In this document: piece by piece, positions 10,088 to 18,573 of the stretch
Position numbering within the stretch: the stretch's first letter is position 1
Layout of the letters: the number at the start of each line of letters is the position of its first letter
NCBI GenBank assembly: GCA_049512075.1
Contig: JBEKXL010000005.1
Location: 69,847-133,846, forward strand
DNA: 64,000 nucleotides
Direction: 5' to 3'
DNA from: Candidatus Bathyarchaeia archaeon
Lineage (GTDB): Archaea > Thermoproteota > Bathyarchaeia > Bathyarchaeales > Bathycorpusculaceae
Position numbers and translations under genes: made by a program
The notes under the pieces: generated by a model
The model's input: only the letters and a program-made list of their open reading frames with translations
Database searches by the model: none
What the model was told of the DNA's origin: nothing

Positions 10088-11149
10088 GTGTACGAAATGA
10101 AGCCATACATTGGAGCTTTTAAGGGAAAAGATTGGCTCGAGACACAATCCTGGAGCCAAGAAGATCTTAAGCTGCTCATAACGGCCTCCAAGGACTTGAA
10201 GCAGAAGTACAAAGCAAGAAAATCCACAGCTGAAATTCTCCGCGACCGCACGCTGTTCATGATTTTCTTCAATCGCTCACTGCGGACGAGAAACAGTTTT
10301 GAAGCCGGCATGACTCAACTGGGCGGGCATGCTCATTTCCTTTCGCCCCAAGACATTTACGTCCCTGCTTTGCCCGAGGATGAAGAGGCTTACAAGACGG
10401 AGCGGATCGCTGACGTGGCCCGCGTACTTGACGAGATGGGAGACGCTATCGCCATCAGAATTTACGGTGATGCTGCCAAGTGGATGTATGGACGCGGACA
10501 TCGCACCGTTGAAGAGTTTGCCAAGTGGGCAAAGATTCCGGTCATCAACATGGAAGATGATGTTTATCATCCCTGTCAAGAAATGGCTGACATTCAGGCT
10601 GTAGACGAACACGTTGGCAAGTTCCAGGGTAAGAAGTTCGTTATGTCGTGGGCTTTCAGCGAAGGATTAAAACCGCTTGCAGTACCTCAGAGCTGTGTCT
10701 TGATAGCTTCGAAAATGGGTATGGACGTCGTCTTTGCCAGGCCTAAGGGCTTTGAACTTGATGATAGGATCATTGAATGGGCTAAAGATAACGCGGACAG
10801 GTATGGGGGCAGCTTCTCGGAGACGGATAACATGGAAGAGGCTTTTGAAGGGGCACACGTGGTCTATCCTAAAAGCTGGACTGCGAGGGCTGCACTGCCA
10901 GGACCATGGGGAGGCCCAGCTCAACCGGACAAACAACTGGCGTTAGAGTACGCTAGGAAGAACAAATCTTGGATTTGCGATCAGGCGAAGATGGATTTGA
11001 CAGCCAAGGCCATTTACATGCACTGCCTGCCCGCAGACCGCGGGATGGAAGTGACCGACGAAGTCATCGACGGACCTCAAAGCGTCGCGTTCGACGAAGC
11101 CGGAAACCGATTGCACGCCCAAAAAGCAATAATGGCCGCGATCATGTAA
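10088..11149 (+). CDS. Transcarbamylase, YgeW/N-acetylornithine carbamoyltransferase-like
   Basis: NRSLRTR, HPCQ, MSWA...KPLAVPQ, YPKSW, HCLPADRG, GNRLH. Confidence 0.85.
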   Translation: MYEMKPYIGAFKGKDWLETQSWSQEDLKLLITASKDLKQKYKARKSTAEILRDRTLFMIFFNRSLRTRNSFEAGMTQLGGHAHFLSPQDIYVPALPEDEEAYKTERIADVARVLDEMGDAIAIRIYGDAAKWMYGRGHRTVEEFAKWAKIPVINMEDDVYHPCQEMADIQAVDEHVGKFQGKKFVMSWAFSEGLKPLAVPQSCVLIASKMGMDVVFARPKGFELDDRIIEWAKDNADRYGGSFSETDNMEEAFEGAHVVYPKSWTARAALPGPWGGPAQPDKQLALEYARKNKSWICDQAKMDLTAKAIYMHCLPADRGMEVTDEVIDGPQSVAFDEAGNRLHAQKAIMAAIM

Positions 11150-11186
11150 CAAAGGCAGCTGAACTAGGATTCACTCTTCAACACTT

Positions 11187-12275
11187 TCACTTTTTCCTCA
11201 ACGGTTTCTTGACTTTCTCAAAGCGTTCGGCCATTGCCTCAAACAAGTTCTCCACGCCGAACCTCTGGACATCAGTTGCGGGCAAATTCGTTTCCTTTTC
11301 GGCTTGCCTTATGGCCGCCCTGATTTCTTCATCCGACTTCAAACCGTTGTAATTGTAAATATAGCTAATTGCAATTCCAACAACCTTGGTCCTGGGGCAC
11401 AACGTTTCAATCAAACGTATTTCCTCTTTGAGACTTGGTACTTTCATTGTTGGAAAGCCGTCCCGTGTTCCTCTGAATGGATCGTGAACCATTATGACAG
11501 CGTCAGGCTGAGAACCGTAGAGTATCGCCAGGGTTTCAACTCCGTAGGCTGGGTGAGAGAGTGAAGCCTGTCCTTCAACGATGATTAGGTCCTTTCCCAT
11601 CTTCGCAACGTCAGCAGTCATTTTGGCCACGGTTCCAGGTATGAAGTCTCCGGGAATGGCGTCTATGGCTGCGCCAGCGTCGCCTCTTACCAGCATCATC
11701 GTCTGCCCTGTTGCTACGGCGCCGACGTTCAAGCCTCTTTTTTCGGCCTCTTTCACGAGTTCCATCATGACTATGTTCTTGCCAGTGGCAGCATCGGTGG
11801 CGAGGATTGCCACGACAGGCACTTTGATGTTTAATACTTCCATGAGTACTTCAAGATTCTTAGGAGGTTTTCTTAGATCGATCAATTTGACTCCATGCTG
11901 CTTTGCAAGGTCACTGAATTCCGGCTGGTCACCGAAGAAATAGTGCAGCCCACTCACGATGTCCAACCCGTTCTTGATAGCTTCTTTGATGATGCTCTTC
12001 CACTCTTCTGGAAGACTGCCTCCAGGCGGAGCGATTCCGATGATTAAGGCGTCTGGCTTGTACTTCAATGCTTCTTTAAGGCCTCCGACGATGGATATTT
12101 TCTTCTTGCCTATTCCTAAGACTTCTCCGGCGTCTTTTCCTGCTTTCTTCTCATCAATTACCGCTACGATTTTGTATTTGCCCCCGTATATCACGAGGTC
12201 GTTGGCAGTTTTTCCTTCAAGAGTGCCAAACGCTTTGCTTGCAAGAATTATCGCAGTTTTGAGATTTTCAGGCAC
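11187..12275 (-). CDS. DUF1611 family protein (DgcN-like)
   Basis: GKTA, IGIAPPGG, GLDIVSGLH, TDAATGK, ATGQT, EGQASLSHPAY, GSQPD. Confidence 0.85.
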   Translation of the reverse strand: MPENLKTAIILASKAFGTLEGKTANDLVIYGGKYKIVAVIDEKKAGKDAGEVLGIGKKKISIVGGLKEALKYKPDALIIGIAPPGGSLPEEWKSIIKEAIKNGLDIVSGLHYFFGDQPEFSDLAKQHGVKLIDLRKPPKNLEVLMEVLNIKVPVVAILATDAATGKNIVMMELVKEAEKRGLNVGAVATGQTMMLVRGDAGAAIDAIPGDFIPGTVAKMTADVAKMGKDLIIVEGQASLSHPAYGVETLAILYGSQPDAVIMVHDPFRGTRDGFPTMKVPSLKEEIRLIETLCPRTKVVGIAISYIYNYNGLKSDEEIRAAIRQAEKETNLPATDVQRFGVENLFEAMAERFEKVKKPLRKK

Positions 12276-12371
12276 GTATACAGCATCTCTTTTTTTAAGC
12301 CTTCACCGCCTTACTAAAATATAACTTTATTCATTGACAATTGATGTTTGCAGACTAGGGGTTCTGGGGAA

Positions 12372-13733
12372 ATGACTGTAGATCTTTTGCTGAAGGGAGG
12401 AAAAATAGCGACATCGACTGGCGTCACCGAGGCTGACATAGCGGTGGACCAGGGAAAGATTGTTGCCATCTCGAAAGAAACCAATCTGCCCAAGGCTGAC
12501 AAGGTGCTGAATGTGGGCGGGCTTTTCGTGCTGCCCGGAATTATTGACGCCCATGTGCACGTGTGCGATCCAGGGTTCATCCGTGAAAGCTTCAGGACAG
12601 GCACGGCGGCTGCGGCTGCGGGCGGAGTGACAACCATAATCGACATGGCCTCCTCCGCGCAGCTTCGCACTTCCTCGGTGGCAATGTTGAACAGGAAAAA
12701 GGAGATGGCTCAAAAGGAATCTTTCGTGGACTTCGGCCTGTACGGAGGGGAAATCGCTGATGAGAAGGACTTGGTGGAAATAGGAGACTTGGTTAGGGCA
12801 GGTGTGGTCGGTTTCGGCGAAATAATGATGTGCGGCGACATGCCTGTCAAGAACGACGAGATACTGTTTGAGGCTTTCAGGTTGATTTCAAAGGCGAAGT
12901 CAGTAGCGGCTGTGCATGCTGAGGACAACTCCGTGCTGACCGATATGAAGGAGCGGATGGTGTCTAAGGGAAGGAAAGACGTGATGGCGTTTGCCGACTC
13001 GCGGCCCAGCGAGGCGGAGGCGCAGGCCATAGCCAAGGCCTTGATCTTGTCTAGGAAGGTGAATGTGAGTCTTCATGTGTGTCACTTGTCAACAAGGGAA
13101 GGCGTGAGCTTGATTCAGGCAGCAAAGGCCCGAGGCTTGCACGTCACGACGGAAGTTTGTCCGCATCATCTGTTTTTCACGAGAGACTCGTACAGTGAAC
13201 TGGGCCCCTGCATCGTTACTACTCCACCTCTACGGACAAAATATGACGCACATGCGCTTTGGAACGGTCTGTATGATGGAACCGTAGACTTAGTTGTGTC
13301 TGATCATTGTGCCTTTAAGAAGAAAGAAAAGGACGTGGGTTTGCAAGACGTTTGGAAAACTCCGCCAGGGGTACCCGGACTCGAAACGCTTGCTCTAGTG
13401 ATGCTGGGAAAGGGAGTTAAAGAGGGAAAGATTTCGCTTGAAAGATTCGTCAAGGCTTCCTCTGAAAACCCGGCTAAACTCTTCGGGCTGTATCCGAAGA
13501 AGGGCGTTTTGCAGCAGGGCGCTGACGCAGACATCGTGGTTTTTGACTTTCACAAGCAGCACAGGATCAAGGCTGAGGATATGAAGTGCGTCGCCGACTA
13601 CACGCCCTACGAAGGGTGGGTGGTGGCTGCAGAGCATGCTGTGACGTTGGTTCGGGGACGAATCGTCGCGAAAGAGGGCGAGGTTGTGGGAAAAATGGGG
13701 TATGGCGCTTTCGTGAAGCCTTCATTAAGGTGA
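12372..13733 (+). CDS. Cyclic amidohydrolase (allantoinase/dihydropyrimidinase/dihydroorotase family)
   Basis: PGIIDAHVH, AAAGGVTTIIDM, VHAED, VCHLS, EVCPHHL, PPLR, SDH, GADADIVVFD. Confidence 0.88.
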   Translation: MTVDLLLKGGKIATSTGVTEADIAVDQGKIVAISKETNLPKADKVLNVGGLFVLPGIIDAHVHVCDPGFIRESFRTGTAAAAAGGVTTIIDMASSAQLRTSSVAMLNRKKEMAQKESFVDFGLYGGEIADEKDLVEIGDLVRAGVVGFGEIMMCGDMPVKNDEILFEAFRLISKAKSVAAVHAEDNSVLTDMKERMVSKGRKDVMAFADSRPSEAEAQAIAKALILSRKVNVSLHVCHLSTREGVSLIQAAKARGLHVTTEVCPHHLFFTRDSYSELGPCIVTTPPLRTKYDAHALWNGLYDGTVDLVVSDHCAFKKKEKDVGLQDVWKTPPGVPGLETLALVMLGKGVKEGKISLERFVKASSENPAKLFGLYPKKGVLQQGADADIVVFDFHKQHRIKAEDMKCVADYTPYEGWVVAAEHAVTLVRGRIVAKEGEVVGKMGYGAFVKPSLR

Positions 13734-13887
13734 AAAAGAACATCACAGGTGAAGAATTTACAGCTGTCTGTCGAAGACCATGGCGGGCGCAAAACCCAGC
13801 AAGCCATTCTTGTCAGGTTTTCTGGACGTAACCTACCCCGGTCTACTATGATACAAATATGACTTCAAGAAAAGTGTGCGCAGTAGG

Positions 13888-13962
13888 TGGGCCGGACCGG
13901 ACTTGAACCGGCGACCTTTGGCTCGTAAAGCCAATGTCCTAACCAAGCTAGACGACCGGCCC
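13888..13962 (-). tRNA. tRNA-Val(TAC), intronless; overlaps attR
   Basis: GGGCCGG/CCGGCCC acceptor stem, anticodon arm TTGGC-TTTACGA-GCCAA, T arm GCCGG-TTCAAGT-CCGGT. Confidence 0.95.
13921..13962 (-). repeat. attR, 42 bp (5' half of tRNA-Val)
   Basis: gctcgtaaagccaatgtcctaaccaagctagacgaccggccc. Confidence 0.92.
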
Positions 13963-14246
13963 ACATTTTTAGATTCTAAGCCTAAATCATTGAGTTTATG
14001 TTCAATGGTATTTTCGGTTCTACATTGAACACTTGAACACTGGCCGTTGTTGCTAGTGCCCAAGTTTTCATTAGGCCCAAGTTCCTTTGGTATCCTCTCT
14101 ACATAATCTTTACTCTGTTGATGATAGAAGAACTCTGATTTTTTAGTGACAGGATTCAGTCCTTTATAGTGCCTTATCCGATAGTAGTTTTTGCCTACCT
14201 TCTGTAAGAATCCCTCAATTCCACATTGTTCACATTTCAATCTCAC
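13921..14246 (-). pseudogene. Int(N): N-terminal fragment of the split tyrosine integrase
   Basis: GTG start after GGAGGTGA; MRLKCEQCG...RIRHY...; reads into the att as GRSSSLVRTLALRA, then runs on through the tRNA to a stop at 13833. Confidence 0.85.
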
Positions 14247-14537
14247 TATTTCACCTCCTTAGTTTCCATTATGCACTCAGCCTGAGAGCTTTTCAAGGAT
14301 ATAATGACCATTGAGAAGTTTTCAGGGTTCGTTAATAGGATGTAAAAGGTACACATTGTAGGATACATCTTAAACTGCAGTATAGCCTTAGTCTTCAGGA
14401 CAGTATTAAATCCTATAGAGACAGAAGACAAAAGATCCATGACACTATCGGTTCTGTTAACTTTTCGAGACTTGAGTGATGGAAGATCTTCCTGAATTAC
14501 TAGCACAACTCAAAATGGAAAAATAAAGACTCCTACA

Positions 14538-15044
14538 CTATTTCGCATCTGCCAGATATTTCAGGTGAAATGGTTTTCTAATACTTGTTGGGTTAATGTT
14601 TGCGATGAAGCTTTGACTATCAATCAATAAGTTTGAAAACTCACTGTTGTGCTCTCTCATGAACTCTACATAGTCTGAATAGCTCTTGTGGAATGAAACA
14701 AAGATGCCATCCCATCCCATTCCTTGTCCTTCTATGGCTAAGATAACATTCGGTTGTTTCATCATCCACTCTTTCACTCTCTTGAAAGCTGCTTCGCTCA
14801 CTTCAGGTTTGGTATACTTAATATTGTGTTTTACAAAGCTGAACACAACAAGTTCAAAACCAATTTTCTCCCATTTCGGTATCGCCGTATACCCATCAAT
14901 AAAGCTCTTTTCAAGATTGACCCTTTTCCTGCTGACAGTGGGCTGAGAAATTCCGAGAACCTTAGCCAATTCTCTGTCACTCCTGCGGCTATTCTTCATC
15001 AGTTCACACAGAAGTTTGTTATCGATAGTTTTCATTTTATCCAT
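14538..15044 (-). CDS. Lrp/AsnC family transcriptional regulator
   Basis: NSRRSDRELAKVLGISQPTVSRKR HTH, IDGYTAIPKWEKIG. Confidence 0.85.
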   Translation of the reverse strand: MDKMKTIDNKLLCELMKNSRRSDRELAKVLGISQPTVSRKRVNLEKSFIDGYTAIPKWEKIGFELVVFSFVKHNIKYTKPEVSEAAFKRVKEWMMKQPNVILAIEGQGMGWDGIFVSFHKSYSDYVEFMREHNSEFSNLLIDSQSFIANINPTSIRKPFHLKYLADAK

Positions 15045-15250
15045 GGCACATCATTAATTAGTCCTTTTTACAATTCTTAAGACTTTTGGAAGACTCTTCG
15101 ATTGAAATCCTGAAATTGGTTCTGTTGACTCTTGCCTTTCTTATATTATGTCATTTCAAGCTGTATTAGTAATTTAAGAAAATCGGTTCTCCCTCTTTGG
15201 TTAACGTAGGCATATCTTTATCCATGCAAGCCCTAAGAGTTAACAGAACC

Positions 15251-15288
15251 ACATTATCTTATCTTCAACATAACATTATCTTATCTTC
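15251..15288. repeat. Two 16-bp direct repeats with a 22-bp period
   Basis: ACATTATCTTATCTTC at 15251..15266 and 15273..15288. Confidence 0.8.
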
Positions 15289-15332
15289 TATCTTTCTTTC
15301 TGCTACATCAGATCCTTGAGATCAATGCTAAG

Positions 15333-15755
15333 ATGGATGTGGTCAATGTTAAGTCTCCAAAGCATCTTGAACTGAAACCATTTATCATAGAGAAAAAAGA
15401 CGGAAGCAAAATCGGTTTTGTATCCCATTTCTACGTCCTACATCCTGCAGCTAGGCAACTGGAAATAGGCTATATTTTGGTGCCGAGTGAGAGGGGGAAA
15501 GGCTACTGCACAGAAGCCGTCAACATTATGGTGGACTACTTGTTTCTTTCAAATAATATAGAGCGTATTCAAGCCCAGACTGATGTGAGAAATGTGGGTT
15601 CACAGAAGGTTCTGGAAAAAGCAGGTTTCAAGAAGGAAGGAACAATTCGCAAACTCTTTTTCCTCAGAGGACAACTCAGAGACGCTTGTTTGTATAGCAT
15701 TCTCAGAGAAGAATGGAAGGAACCAAAAATACTAACAAGAACCGAGAAGAAGTAG
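15333..15755 (+). CDS. GNAT N-acetyltransferase, RimJ/RimL-like, probably N-terminally truncated
   Basis: EIGY, ERGKGYCTEA, NVGSQKVLEKAGFKKEG, YSILREEW. Confidence 0.8.
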   Translation: MDVVNVKSPKHLELKPFIIEKKDGSKIGFVSHFYVLHPAARQLEIGYILVPSERGKGYCTEAVNIMVDYLFLSNNIERIQAQTDVRNVGSQKVLEKAGFKKEGTIRKLFFLRGQLRDACLYSILREEWKEPKILTRTEKK

Positions 15756-15905
15756 AAAGATTCTGTCTGTTATTAACATATAAACTATTGAATAAGGCTG
15801 TTCGGAGATCATAATGTCAATTCCTCATAATTCTCAGATCCCCAGTTGCTCTTCCAAAAGCTAGAGGCTCCATAGAAGTTCAGAGCCTAAGCATTTAATC
15901 TTCTT

Positions 15906-16049
15906 TTAGTATCTTGTTCTCTCTTTTTTGGAGGGTTTCTTTCCTTTTCTTCCACTCCACTGGTATCCACATACTTCACACTTCTTGGAACCAGCTTGAA
16001 CTATTATTTTCTTACTTCCACATTGGGAACATCGTTCTTTTCGAGCCAT
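15906..16049 (-). CDS. Small basic Zn-ribbon protein (47 aa), below the ORF-track cutoff
   Basis: MARKERCSQCGSKKIIVQAGSKKCEVCGYQWSGRKGKKPSKKERTRY*, with two CxxC knuckles. Confidence 0.7.
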   Translation of the reverse strand: MARKERCSQCGSKKIIVQAGSKKCEVCGYQWSGRKGKKPSKKERTRY

Positions 16050-16123
16050 CTACTTCATCCACTAGGCATGTTTCATTTATCCAGTAATGCTTATGCTTCT
16101 AGATAGTTATTTCTATTGATCAA

Positions 16124-16160
16124 GATTTCAGGGACTCCCTAGAAGTTTTTCATCGAAGTT
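16124..16160. repeat. 37-bp direct repeat, copy 1
   Basis: gatttcagggactccctagaagtttttcatcgaagtt; 36/37 identical to 16554..16590. Confidence 0.9.
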
Positions 16161-16218
16161 TCAACTGTTCTACAGACAAAGAAAAGAGGGAACTAGTGAT
16201 GTGCGAAAATGCTGGGTC

Positions 16219-16500
16219 TTAGGTAACCAGAACACTTTGTATCAGTGATGAAGAATCAAATTCCTCAATCAGCTTCAACCCTTCATCTGTGGTTTGGTAT
16301 ATGTTGCCCTTTTCTTCAATAAAACCATGGGCTTTCAGAAACTCGATATACCTGGTGAATTGTCCGTAACTTAGAGAAACCGAACTAAGCAAGTGTATTT
16401 GCCTGATGCCCTTCTTTGCAGCTTTCAGAATGGCTACAGAAATGATCAAAGAACTTCTCCTTTTCGACGGGAAAGTCAGGTCCATAACACTCTCCCCCAC
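16219..16500 (-). CDS. Small archaeal winged-helix regulator
   Basis: KRRSSLIISVAILKAA...VSLSYGQFTRYIEFLKAHGFI...YQTTDEG. Confidence 0.75.
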   Translation of the reverse strand: MGESVMDLTFPSKRRSSLIISVAILKAAKKGIRQIHLLSSVSLSYGQFTRYIEFLKAHGFIEEKGNIYQTTDEGLKLIEEFDSSSLIQSVLVT

Positions 16501-16553
16501 TGTATAGAACTATCTTCTAGAAGATAAACATACCTTATGAGCGGGAAAAGGAG

Positions 16554-16590
16554 GATTTCAGAGACTCCCTAGAAGTTTTTCATCGAAGTT
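16554..16590. repeat. 37-bp direct repeat, copy 2
   Basis: gatttcagagactccctagaagtttttcatcgaagtt. Confidence 0.9.
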
Positions 16591-16634
16591 CTAAGGGCTA
16601 TATGAAAAGAAAGTGGAATGTCGAACTGTTTCGA

Positions 16635-17544
16635 TTAGGTAGTTTTGTTGAATGTTTGTTCTAGCTCTGACAATGCCTTTAGTGTTCTGTCTCTTAACTC
16701 TGACAGCTTTAGGAGTCCAATAATGTTTCACAAAGATGCTTGGTGGTATTCTGCCTTGTAAGAGGTTAATCTCTTGTTCCAATATTCCATGTCTCAGTAG
16801 ATAGGTACCGAAGAAATCTCTTAATTCGTTTATCCTGCATCTCTGTTTGTTTCTCAATAATCTTTTCCTAATCATCTCATAGGTTATGGGCTCGCTGTTA
16901 GCTATCTCACCTGTGCCATGTTTTCTGTTATGAATGTGATGAAGCAATTCTTAGTTTTTCGTATGAAGTCTTTGGGATATTTGAAGTGCCATAAACAGTT
17001 AAGGCTAGAATCATAGTATTCTGATAATCTATGGTTTTTGGCTAATTCGATGATCCTGTTGAAAGACTTGATGGCCTCATTTTTTCTGAGTCCAGAAAAC
17101 AGCAGATACTTCAGGAAAGTCCTTTCGTTATTTCTGAGTAGATCTTGAACTTCAGCATACCATTTTAGGATATCTAAGTCATTTCCGTTCATTATTCTTA
17201 AGAAGGCATTGAAAGTACTTGGACTCGATAGTTTAATACCGTGATTCTTCAGCTTAGATGCAAAGTTATCATAGACTCCTAGATATTTGCTGAGAATTGT
17301 TAGAGACTTGACGCAGTTGTTTTTGATGGATTGAGGCAATAAGTCTAGGTCCCTAAGGTTATCAGAGAATACAAATCTGTAGTATCTCTTGACATAACAC
17401 ATTATTGTATGATGGTAGGATTCTGCATACTTGCCCTTGACCCAGTGGTCAAATTCATCTAGATTTAATGTTGTTTCATGGTTTGGGTCAATGTTAGAAC
17501 ATGCTCGTAAAGCCAATGTCCTCACCAAGCTAGACGACCGGCCC
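16635..17544 (-). pseudogene. Int(C): catalytic fragment of the tyrosine integrase, with two frameshifts
   Basis: SGLRKNEA (Arg I), RKTKNCF, NELRDF, LQGR, KHY (Tyr). Frame breaks near 16910 and near 16708. Confidence 0.85.
17503..17544 (-). repeat. attL, 42 bp (orphan 5' half of tRNA-Val)
   Basis: gctcgtaaagccaatgtcctcaccaagctagacgaccggccc. Confidence 0.92.
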
Positions 17545-17576
17545 TTTTGCACTATCCTAACACTCATCAAGCCATT

Positions 17577-18569
17577 TTACTTTTCTGTCCTCGTCAGCTC
17601 AGCAGCAACTCTTCCAATGATGCCGACGGGGTCTTCCAGACGAGCAAGCTTGGATTTCACGTCAAACCGTTTGCCAAGATACTTCTTCGAATACCTCAAT
17701 GCTTCGCGTGTATTTGTTATAAACAAGGGAAACCCGAGCTTTGCGAGATACTTGTTAACATAGGTGCGTCCTATTTCAGAGACTACTATGCTGGGCACAC
17801 CCTGCAATGCAGCCTCTCTAGATATTGTTCCGCCTACACTAACAACCAAGTCCGCATGCGCAACAACACTGGCCGAATCCACAAAATCTGACTCGGTAGC
17901 TGCGCCTTCCTTTTCAGTCCTCTCATATCGAGAGATGAAAAGAACGTTTCCCAGTGAACCCAGTTTCTCGGTGAGCTCCACTGTTTCATCACGTTTTCCA
18001 AGCGCGTACGCGGCTCTGGTCTCCATCTGCCTTACCACAATCAGCGGCTTCTCAAACTCGAACTTTCCAATGGGCTTGAAGTCTTTAATCCATGCGACCT
18101 CATCTACTCCTTTGAACTGGACGATGCTCTTTGCCCCGAATCTTCTGAAAAACCCCTGAGGGATGGCTTCAGAAATAACCAGGGTTTCCGCTAGAGGCAC
18201 CGTCAACCTGTTCACCGCGTTCGCGTGCGGCGTGTCCGCGGTCAAGATTACTGGCACACCCAGCCCAAATGCGACACGGCACAGCTCGACAGACTGGTGC
18301 GATATGGCCACGTCGGGCAAGCGATCCTTGAACAATTCTGCGAGCTGAACCATTCGCTTAGCGCTTTCCTCTAACCTGGAAAAAAGTGATGTGGGGGAGT
18401 ACTTTCCGACGACAACGGGGTTTTCACCTAGCACTCGGGCCAAAAACAAGGTGTCAGGATGCTCCCTAGTCGTAAAAATAACTTCGTGTCCCGCTTTCCT
18501 TAACTGCTTAGCTATGGCGGCGCCGTACCTGACGTGTTTGCCCGTACAGGCATCGTACCACACCCTCAT
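17577..18569 (-). CDS. DUF354 family putative GT-B glycosyltransferase
   Basis: VWYDACTGKHV, SVELCRVAFGLGVP, DTPHA, GGTISREAALQGVPS. Confidence 0.8.
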   Translation of the reverse strand: MRVWYDACTGKHVRYGAAIAKQLRKAGHEVIFTTREHPDTLFLARVLGENPVVVGKYSPTSLFSRLEESAKRMVQLAELFKDRLPDVAISHQSVELCRVAFGLGVPVILTADTPHANAVNRLTVPLAETLVISEAIPQGFFRRFGAKSIVQFKGVDEVAWIKDFKPIGKFEFEKPLIVVRQMETRAAYALGKRDETVELTEKLGSLGNVLFISRYERTEKEGAATESDFVDSASVVAHADLVVSVGGTISREAALQGVPSIVVSEIGRTYVNKYLAKLGFPLFITNTREALRYSKKYLGKRFDVKSKLARLEDPVGIIGRVAAELTRTEK

Positions 18570-18573
18570 TCTT

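Larger units (their letters stand above)
13921..17544 (-). mobile_element. SSV-type (split-integrase) element integrated in tRNA-Val, about 3.6 kb
   Basis: 42-bp direct repeats at 13921..13962 and 17503..17544 (1 mismatch). Integrase halves overlap each att in the same frame (GRSSSLVRTLALRA). Interior is AT-rich. Confidence 0.92.

Noticed and set aside
5034-11149. Arginine deiminase pathway
   Set aside because: No arcA or arcD, and both transcarbamylases lack the OTCase SMG motif and resemble YgeW/AOTCase.
13833-13920. C-terminal part of ORF 13833..14246 as real protein
   Set aside because: It is read-through across the tRNA 3' half created by integration.
14246-14506. 86-aa ORF upstream of Int(N) as an excisionase or regulator
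   Set aside because: No recognisable motif or ribosome-binding site; more likely the integrase promoter region.
15081-15117. Possible degenerate inverted third copy of the 37-bp repeat upstream of Lrp
   Set aside because: Only about 21/37 matches in AT-rich DNA; not distinguishable from chance by eye.
16124-16590. 37-bp repeats as integron attC sites
   Set aside because: No RYYYAAC/GTTRRRY ends or long imperfect palindrome, and the integrase is SSV-type rather than IntI.
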